This document shows positions 58,401-61,595 of a DNA stretch of 61,595 nucleotides, piece by piece. A program made the position numbers and the translations under genes. This DNA comes from a bacterium. Its GTDB lineage: Bacteria > UBP14 > UBA6098 > JAFGQG01. Within the stretch, counting starts at the first letter, position 1; each line of letters begins with the position of its first letter. Below the pieces are notes generated by a model. That model saw only the letters and a program-made list of their open reading frames with translations. It did not search any database and was not told the DNA's origin. The DNA lies in the NCBI GenBank assembly GCA_016930435.1, contig JAFGGQ010000148.1:1-61595 (forward strand), read 5' to 3'.

Positions 58401-58920
58401 AGTTGATAGCGGATGTTCATTGCCATTGGTATATAGGGACGTAATTCGGGCAAGGGCGGGAATCGTTACGGGAAGCGCAACGGTGAATCTGTTAAACGGT
58501 CCCGCTTCCGAGACCAATTCCAGTATCAGCGCTCCGACCAGGGTGCCTTATGGAGCGACGGTTCCGGTTAGTACCAATATAGAGGACATTTTCGGTAATC
58601 CCATTTGCGGTGAGAACCTTACTTATAGCAGCAGTTACGGGACCATCTTACCCTTAAACAGCATTACTGATAATATAGGCCGGTCCTTCGTGAGTTATAC
58701 CGCGCCGGCGGTTCCCGCGGATAGCGCGGAACATATATCCGTTATTTCGGTAAGTTTCACCGGCGGGGTGTTATTCACCGAGATCACCTTGGTCATGGGC
58801 AAAGTGCTGCCGGAGGGGGCGTTGGATTTCGTCCCTAATGAAGGTCAGCGGGAACCCTCAAATATTCCGTTACTGCCTCTTAAGGAAGAAAAATACTTGG
58901 ACCCTCTGCTAAAAGAATAG
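43429..58920 (+). CDS. Giant (5163 aa) lipoprotein of tandem invasin/intimin-type Ig-like (Big_1) domains; putative surface adhesin
   Basis: ATG after AGGGAG; lipobox VWIA-C; roughly 45-50 repeats of about 100 aa (estimated by eye) with pattern A(D/N)G..I.A...D..GNPV..G..V.F....G......T...G.A...L; no beta-barrel domain. Confidence 0.9.
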   Translation: MINHKRINFLIVVLLSVALLASVWIACQKTGNMSPYSPELQSVVDSMWASPLEINVGSSSDIYARVVNENTGNTQSNVEVNFTCDSGYVSPSNSRTNANGIARVRYTYAGYDSARFNANIVGGVYGREDATTIVKVYPADYPITTVEIESIYADPSQINAGEQSKIYVKIVEEATGDPVEGITINFSVSSFPPFGGLSPEYVNTDSNGWCHTTYSTDISDTARFVDIKAEVAGLFKTVRILVYETDYLPVEIDTIYAVPSEIVAGDNCEVYVVIVDEDTREPYPNARVSFSRDFGTLSPSSDLSDADGIAHTTLSTPNSTVEVIAHVTALISGLQRSVSILVHETGFIPAGYLTLRVVNDSMEALPAGDSILVEARLENIHHSPLQGETINFSSPDITIITVNSGITNSMGKAWAYFPNSGDTVTALAIARYDTLADTVTVHFVEPAPPPVTDIVITTDSTRMTANGVSYTQVRAIVYTGEGLARDSTLINFYASAGRLLRITTSRAKGTNAPGIEALRSPFRKNDQPSKPQYSFTATLDDFISEYTVGGVAQVYLRSTTTVDTSILTASKDGVVDSTRVLFVPGPPDNIELLPAEMQMTADGRDTMTVKAFLTDAYGNSVISGYNVEFEILEGLGCSFIPSAFINTDITGMAKVLLRSGNISGYATLRASYGVIYDQVVIFIASSVPYTIYLQSSPPFLTADGVSYSNLQAQVLDESSLPVTDGVPIMFYSTEGVLMSASRGLARPRSEREKIPFDPSYQTLAALDSSAFIAYTTGGIATLRLMSSTESCTAMVVSYAETSRVMVAADTIYVPFQPGSPDDITLFASKDTLTANEDDTCIVTALVVDGFDNPVEDDYLVNFTVTSGRIVSSAYTDENGRARVILTSSLDVGSQTIEATCAGAMAHRNLYYQYNLPSEINLSLSALRIVANGTSRDTITAEIFDSDRNHISNGTDVQFRSMLGSLEMARSFARRSKSRTIMEPLLDNIIVESEGGYAQAVLISPTTAGIDTVIVTVSVDTVSVVDTILVEYIPGAPGRLVVSADPDTIFADNTATSTITIQVFDEFDNRVGRDIAVNVNTTLGTVYPGVAYTTTGGVATATLRSGYEPGVATVEASIGGIRQQTQVFFIESAPAIIILTTDQNYVQIGNTLGLNALALDATGHIVSDGMPINFSSVLGFTEPPIAFTFSGVATSILHPQTDAGWDTVIAYSGDVADTALVQIKAGLCQYIELSANPDTIAADGRSRSTITARCRDEYGNIVGVGRMVSFSTSLGTITSTVSTDSLGIAQALLTSAPDIGTAQVRAICESGSQIVEVEFVATEAAFISVSANPSKIVADEDSFSTIRALVLNDRAEPVADGTIVIFHSYHATTGLPFGSIDSLTSTTGGIATSLLYAENITGDAVVVASVMGLSDSVIVEFIPGPAARIDIEAVPDTIPADGVTLAEISATLFDIHNNRLPEGKAVNFQTTLGAVNRSFSRTDSTGTARVNLRSSTVSGEAIVTASSGGVENDVVVFFSPLEVVTLFLTADSLSLVADGRASTVIRALALDSWSNPVSDNTPIIFSTSLGNIVPGVAYTEDGYAFTTLISGDSPGTAMVIGNAGGGVMDTVYVNFVTGPPATIDLIAVPNVLPADGDTTALVYAAVMDASGNPVRPGFIINFSTTLGSIDTFAITDTLGEAAVTFYAGITPGNALVIATAGEAVGQTQITLTNTEAGEIIMTIDPGEIVADAHSTGTITGQVLNTVGFPVTDGTPVIFSVVPDSLGRVSPRTAYTLGGQFTATFTSRTYTGSAYIFANVGSALDSVLVDLIPGPADYIILEADTYEIPADSSSFASITGTVYDRYGNTVRSGVPVSFSTNLGELVPASEETDSRGQISFILRSGYEPGVARVRAQYGSARGEIEIVITSTTARSITLTATPNQITADGFSTSTLEALVLDSLGNFVSDGTPVRFSSLPGTAFVRIDSLTFDTTYILDTLGAVIPTISYTELGVATAIFRAGTIPGNARVQASIDSIYDRATIRLKPGPVAAIIVTAEPETIAANGLETSVITAWLYDEFDNPVSSGIGVTFVTSMGNINPTSTLTNSLGRAYTILTSTDEPGIAFVTVSSGGFSEIVEVVFKAPIVNDIILTAYPNRIQIGEDEVIQLSALVVDFAGRPIYDGVLVNFSSAIGNLTPPTATTSGGVAQTDLLAGIRAGTDTVIATADGISDTITVRFLAGLTSYLILTPEDSIIAANGRARTNIIAELRDEYNNLVGVGRSVAFSTDLGTITTPAYTDSMGIAIAVLTSAEEIGVASIEASCELAIGRTTVEFVDIDVAYLLVRATPRDIVGNGIATSTISAKALNSLGNPVADGTVIYFESFDSTGASFGEIEVMGITSGGTGTATVELVSAESLGRCFVRAYLMGFADTTYVDFIAGPVATIDVYADPASIFANGYRTSQITAFLYDDYGNPIPDGQEVTFETDLGSIYPGLSYTVAGSVQATLVSADSAGIAHVLVRSGDVVGFTSVVFVFVPVGNLFIYSDSVSLVANGFSTTQIYALVTDDSGRAITNGTPIYFDSNIGLVIPGVSYTNDGQAISVLRSTTHSGDTCWVRVDAGVLLDSIDIPFVAGPPAKVNLTAIPTSIPANGDTFSEIEAFITDINDNPIGGGYIVRFSSSLGSIDTMGITDDSSRAYVILRAGITPGTALVLASIEGALGQVRVNFTDSTTVEQLLLFADPREIVADGRSTSLISGFVYNDLGNPIADGSPIELWVSQDSMATISPRTVYTDSGAFSATLMAGIHAGNVAVIALAAPVQETTYVGLQPGEPDSIEVWATDNDTIIPADSFTAVQINARIYDRYGNPLRSGVDVNFETLIGIMDPISTRTNSNGIAYSYLMSGFQPGRTTVRVTSGDGVGEIDILFTNTEVFTVSLTADPMILAADGFSTSSITAYVMDSLGNAVSNRTPVFFTDTPDSLGNLIPNIGFTEGGEVNIIYRVGTDRGDVVVRAYTFGSSVLDTIDDNITLSIDPGSVNEILLSATDSTIDANGYATTEIIAVLLDEYGNGVLSGIPVNFSTSMGSIDPNIVYTNNNGEATSILTSGNVPGRARVTVNSGSIYSQIEITFDTTDVGNITITANPRTLTADGVSNAVITVNVYDSYGAPVSDRTRVDLRVNPPDRGTVISPKMTTDGTAISEYNAGIITGEIWVVAQVETLLDSVRIQQNPGNPNSITLIPDSASIPADGMASTWIHATILDEFGNPVRPGTRVLFETDRGSITSSAMTDTSGNAQALLQAGIVPGRAIVIGTCGDAVGFTQVLFDTTVVQNIILTADTNYLVTDGVSSINLTAYVMTLRGTPVSDGTEVSFFVEGGYGDLMPNIAYTDSGYAEVKLRSDTSAVGGREVYAVAGSDTATITVYFVPGPPLEIKVVILAFRDTVIIDELPADGASNATVQCTVWDRFGNIVTPGTPVTFQTELGSITPIDVTDITGSAQALLTSGTETGLSLITLRSQNAVAYTQIEYTELVAHEIILTINPPTLPADGISSAQVIATVFDSLGIPVSDGTPINFIQDTSSTFVTGRIIPGRVRTEAGQALTEIYSPIVTGTARVIASASGTVADTFDMRFIPGDPAIIVHDTTLGTIFYADGGSYDIRVFVYDAYSNPVQLGTEVHFSATRGDFIDEDVIVYTDSGGAMASIASSEAGISVITVTSGMASTVFSIDFMPIQAYVLYSVATPFSLPADGISMSTITATVLDSNYRPVSDGLPVFFNIFGPGILSPRTVLTENGLVQSYLTSTTIAGSTLVVVSISDSLADTLTITFMPGEAANLEFVTPIRDLYATGIDTQTVWVHVRDEYGNDVRPGTRVDFSIYPEDLATVLRYNATNDSGHARTLMTSGTREGSGILSAESGEAIGYALVRFLTFPAGSIIVITDSVRLVANGRSSTDITATVFDDTLGLPISDGAIVRFSATRGAINPVIDYTEGGVARSTLTSNISPFDTVWVFANIGAVEGSTSVSFIPGPPHFIEIWARDSSILANGVDTTTITVRVLDEFGNRVGPGERINFSATLGTVSPSYVYTDTSSEASIVLISSRDAGWSAVNAISTDGDGNAAIIIQFMSTEVGHVDLSVSPTRLTADGSSSAIVRVTVLDIEDAPVANGTPVQFSGLNLGIVDPVYTTTMDGVATATLYAFTEVGKDSIIACSGGICDTQRVVFESGDPAVIWLRAARSQIIANLVDRDTIYVVVEDDFNNRVGPGHIVNFDLLPDDIGDITPTAVTDTAGSCFVMLQAGRKPGLATVLASSGSATGVVQVELLATMVGSVSLNVPDRYLPADGVSSTNLIALVLDTLGNPITDGTGVYFMAYGNPAILYPTWASTDTGFADVIMMSSHVGTTFVYARVDTGGGSGIFSDTVEVYFHAGDPVSITFDTAGIRISSVTLMGNGVDSIGVTATVKDAFSNPAPGVYVTFSLSLGLVAPMEGITDSAGQIDFNISAPRQVGVTQMKAQCGSAVAYLRVRFQAPPIMDISLTASPSGLPANGIATSQIRAFVRDSSGYPISDGLMVFFTAQLGAITPFGYTSSGYADAILISADSAGIDTISAICMGESALVVVRYEAGSPSRIELYTSADTVTVGASEIVAFSGQVLDEGDNPVVEGTIVSLSINDPDFGSLADWVVTTDDSGWFSTEFTPGLKAGLAWLKASSSGIRDSINIILFARSPNTMEIEVSDTFIYVIESGEVDQSVLMVRVYDIYNNYVADSTKVWFELVNYPGTTPTQRPSFQPSNPLNPLESDTVYILNGRASATLRAGTHSGTVRIDAHTSSISTRAPRIVISSGLPYTISLSRAECNVRGWDIDGVPNQITAIVSDTFANPVAPGTAVWFTTTEGVVVGNATTDDSGFAFTTWYSSEPRDSGWACVIGESRGAGGHVAIDTTCFFNSGPIYNLSVVVTPSNVLADGISEAEVYVEVQDINGNPVIDDFSITLEAEKGDVTNVITTVNECFGSYAVGTYTSTTVEVDSGCSLPLVYRDVIRARAGIVTGSATVNLLNGPASETNSSISAPTRVPYGATVPVSTNIEDIFGNPICGENLTYSSSYGTILPLNSITDNIGRSFVSYTAPAVPADSAEHISVISVSFTGGVLFTEITLVMGKVLPEGALDFVPNEGQREPSNIPLLPLKEEKYLDPLLKE
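46830..52750 (+). repeat. Tandem super-repeat of about 10 Ig domains (about 2.98 kb x2) within the giant lipoprotein; boundaries approximate
   Basis: Paired motifs at an offset of about 2980 nt: VQIG 46861 / IQIG 49837; RDEYGNIVGVGR 47188 / RDEYNNLVGVGR 50170; tatgaccgctatggcaat 48949 / 51940. Confidence 0.8.
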
Positions 58921-59191
58921 GAATTGATTATAAACTAAAAAAATAAGGTTGTATAAACTAAGGCAGGTAATATTTTGGAAGCTAAACGGAGCTGATTTGG
59001 AATTTAGACCTGCTGTTTGACCCGTAAGATGAAGTTTTTAATGTTGAATAGGAAAGTTTAATTAACTGAGAAACATTCCAAAATGAATATTTTAACTTGT
59101 TCTTTGGGAGTAAAGTATAAAACATTGATAATCTAATTTCATAAAAACAAATGAGTTACTTAAATAGCAGAAGTCTAAAGAGGTTATCCTT

Positions 59192-59992
59192 ATGATAAGG
59201 AGTTATGATATGTGGCGGCTTATCCTGGTTTTTAGTATATTAGTATCATTGGGAGTATCATCCACCTGGGGATATTCGCTTGCTAATCCCTCTCCTTCAA
59301 TGCTGGGAGGCAAACTACGGATTTCAGCGGATTATACTATTGCTCGCCGGGTGATCACCAGCGATTCCGGTCCCGATTTTAAGGTGGTTTCCAATCGATT
59401 ATTGTTGAAGCCCAGCTACAGTCCTCTCTCCGGTTGGGAGCTGTTTGGATTACTGGGATCGGCTGACCTTAATTTCAAATCCCCGGATCCTATTTACCTG
59501 GACAATTATGATGGGACCTGGGAGCTGGCCTTTGGTTTTGGCAGCAAAATACAATATTACAATGTTGCTCTGGATGCTAATGAGGAGTTTATTATCCGGT
59601 TCTACGCCACAGGTCTGTTCTTTTCACATTTCTCCAGGGGCGAAATAGATGAGGCAAGCATCTGGTTGTGGAAATCAAACTACCGCTGGCAGGAATATAT
59701 GATAGGAGCCTACTGGTCTATGCAATATAATAGACTGATTCCTTACCTGGGATTGGAGTGGTATTACATTAACGGAAGGGTTGACCGGGGTGCTTACCGT
59801 ATGGATAATACCAGCCAGAAGTATAACAAGTTTTTTGACCAAACCGCATATTTTGCGGATCCCACTCAATTCCCCAAACCGGTGATCGGGATCGATTACA
59901 TGCTTCCGGCTAAAATAATTCTCTCATTAGAGATAGTACCCTGGGTAAGGGATCAGACTACGGTTACAGTGGGAATTAGCCAGGCGCAGTAG
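59192..59992 (+). CDS. Putative outer-membrane beta-barrel protein of unknown family
   Basis: Signal peptide; alternating aromatic/hydrophobic strands (WELFGLLG, LAFGFGSK, IPYLGLEW, VIGIDY, LSLEI, VTVGIS). Confidence 0.65.
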   Translation: MIRSYDMWRLILVFSILVSLGVSSTWGYSLANPSPSMLGGKLRISADYTIARRVITSDSGPDFKVVSNRLLLKPSYSPLSGWELFGLLGSADLNFKSPDPIYLDNYDGTWELAFGFGSKIQYYNVALDANEEFIIRFYATGLFFSHFSRGEIDEASIWLWKSNYRWQEYMIGAYWSMQYNRLIPYLGLEWYYINGRVDRGAYRMDNTSQKYNKFFDQTAYFADPTQFPKPVIGIDYMLPAKIILSLEIVPWVRDQTTVTVGISQAQ

Positions 59993-61595
59993 ATGGATTT
60001 GAATTTAAGAACAAAAATATACCAGGTTGTTTTATTGTTATTATTATTACTGGTTTTTGCCGGAAATGTTAAGGCGGAGTCACCAGCAGAACTTGATTTC
60101 TTGCAGTACAAGGCTCTTAATATTCCCTTAAAAGCTTCACCGGGTTTCATTTATAATCTTGACCCCTTCGATCTGGACCCCGATTTTTGGGAATCTTATC
60201 AAATGATCTCGGGGTATTATTACTTCAAGGGGAAGGATTACCTGAATTCTGTATCCGCTTTCTCCAAGGTCATTCATTCGCAACTAAGCAACAATGAAAA
60301 AGAATGGCTTTTTTTCTGGAAGGGCTTAGCGCTCAGTGAGAGTAGAGATCATGAGCTTATCAGGGAGTATTTTGGTAAGCCGCAGGAATTGAACTGGGGG
60401 CAATTCTGGCATGCAAATTACCTCTTCAGCGTGGATAGCAGCGAGAAGGCGATTATTGCGCTTGAAGAACTTTTAGAGAGACCCAAACTTCATGATATGC
60501 TTAAACTGAAAGGGGGTTATCTCTTAGGGCTAACTTATTTTAAGTTGAAGGATTATAAAAAGTCAACAGAAATATTCAAGGATTGCTCTGAGCTTTATCC
60601 GGGAAATGTCTTAGAAGGTGAACTAAATTATAATCTTGGATTAATCAAGTTCAAGGAAGGGGATTATGATGAAGCAATGGTTTACCTCAATAATTCCATA
60701 GAGTTTTATGGAAGAAGCCGTCGTAAAGATGCTCATTGGTGGATCGATGAAACCCAGATCCTGTTGGCTATTGTATATTTTAAGTTGGGGGATTATGAGA
60801 GGTCGCTGGGTTTACTGGCGCAAATGGAGGATACCGGAAATAGGGATTCTCTTGAATATATGCAGGAGATAGAATACTATCAGAAGTTGATAGGGTTGAT
60901 TTCCCAAGCCGCCCCTCCGGAGAGCGTGATTGCCCAAATCGAAGGGCTGCGGGAAAGTTATGCATTTGATCTTTATTTTAAGACAGGGTATCAGTTTTAC
61001 CAAAGAGGCCTATTTAAACAGGCTCAGAATTACTGGCTGGAGAGCCTGATGTTTAATATTTCTGCCCCTTTGAAAGAGCAGGTACTATTTTTTCTGGGGG
61101 AAGCATTCTACCGTACCCGTGATTTCTCAACTGCCGAGGAATACTATAGGCTATCCTTGAATTATTCCCGGGATTATACCTACGATACCTATTATGGCTT
61201 AGCCTGGTCATTATACCGGCAAAGGGATTACAACGATGCTCGGGAGCTATTCAGGATAATCGCTGATTCTACTGAATGGCCATTAGCAGAATATTCGGGT
61301 TATATTTATGCCCGTAGCTTTTACATTACCAAATCTTATTCAAGAGCGATCCGGGAACTCGGTTCTTTTGAGAGGGCTTTCCCTGCGTCAAAATACAAAA
61401 ATGATGTTAGGTATCTTATTGCGGAATGCTGGAATCAATTGGGGGAATTTCAAGCAGCGGCGGAAGCCTATATGGATGTTTGTGAACAACTGGCTGATAA
61501 TAAACATTTAAATGATGCTTTTTTGAAAGCAGTGGGTCTTTTTTTCGACCTTGGTTACTATGGCAGGGTAATCAGCCTGGTGGATTCTCTGGCTA
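59993..61595 (+). CDS. Exported tetratricopeptide-repeat protein, runs off the window end (at least 534 aa)
   Basis: ATG immediately after the TAG of the upstream gene and open to the window edge; signal peptide MDLNLRTKIYQVVLLLLLLLVFAGNVKA; TPR-like units YLLGLTYFKLKDYKKS, YNLGLIKFKEGDYDEA, FFLGEAFYRTRDFSTA, YGLAWSLYRQRDYNDA. Missing from the ORF track. Confidence 0.88.
   Translation, partial: MDLNLRTKIYQVVLLLLLLLVFAGNVKAESPAELDFLQYKALNIPLKASPGFIYNLDPFDLDPDFWESYQMISGYYYFKGKDYLNSVSAFSKVIHSQLSNNEKEWLFFWKGLALSESRDHELIREYFGKPQELNWGQFWHANYLFSVDSSEKAIIALEELLERPKLHDMLKLKGGYLLGLTYFKLKDYKKSTEIFKDCSELYPGNVLEGELNYNLGLIKFKEGDYDEAMVYLNNSIEFYGRSRRKDAHWWIDETQILLAIVYFKLGDYERSLGLLAQMEDTGNRDSLEYMQEIEYYQKLIGLISQAAPPESVIAQIEGLRESYAFDLYFKTGYQFYQRGLFKQAQNYWLESLMFNISAPLKEQVLFFLGEAFYRTRDFSTAEEYYRLSLNYSRDYTYDTYYGLAWSLYRQRDYNDARELFRIIADSTEWPLAEYSGYIYARSFYITKSYSRAIRELGSFERAFPASKYKNDVRYLIAECWNQLGEFQAAAEAYMDVCEQLADNKHLNDAFLKAVGLFFDLGYYGRVISLVDSLA

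Noticed and set aside
43429-58920. Classical invasin/intimin (inverse autotransporter) or RTX/T1SS adhesin
   Set aside because: There is no N-terminal beta-barrel or LysM domain and no GGxGxD repeats. The protein starts with a lipoprotein signal instead.
60032-60052. (TTA)n tract as a phase-variation locus
   Set aside because: It is a short triplet run encoding the Leu core of a signal peptide, and slippage would not shift the frame.
1-61595. CRISPR array, IS element, integrase or prophage
   Set aside because: No regularly spaced short repeats, transposase, recombinase or phage genes were recognised. No duplicate of the tRNA-Gln 3' end was noticed.

Overview
Chromosomal window from a Gram-negative bacterium. 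It has LPS heptose genes, a TonB receptor, canonical sigma70 promoters, Shine-Dalgarno sites and T9SS-like C-terminal tags, which suggests a non-Bacteroidota FCB-group lineage (inference). Housekeeping blocks (mutS2, rfaE2-GT9, grpE-dnaJ-rsmE, lon, tRNA-Gln-prs-rplY, pruA, rpe-ffh-rpsP-khpA-trmD) are interspersed with very large acidic exported proteins. These are: (i) a 2896-aa Cys/Trp-rich protein in which conserved scaffold repeats, with near-identical mosaic DNA junctions, each carry an inserted passenger domain; (ii) a 1282-aa VWA protein using an empty form of one of those scaffolds; (iii) a 5163-aa invasin-type (Big_1) lipoprotein, flanked by an S8 protease and a beta-barrel/TPR pair, with a 10-domain block duplication and three basic loop inserts. 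No CRISPR array, rRNA, transposase, integrase or reverse transcriptase was seen. Domain calls were made by eye from motifs, with no database searches.
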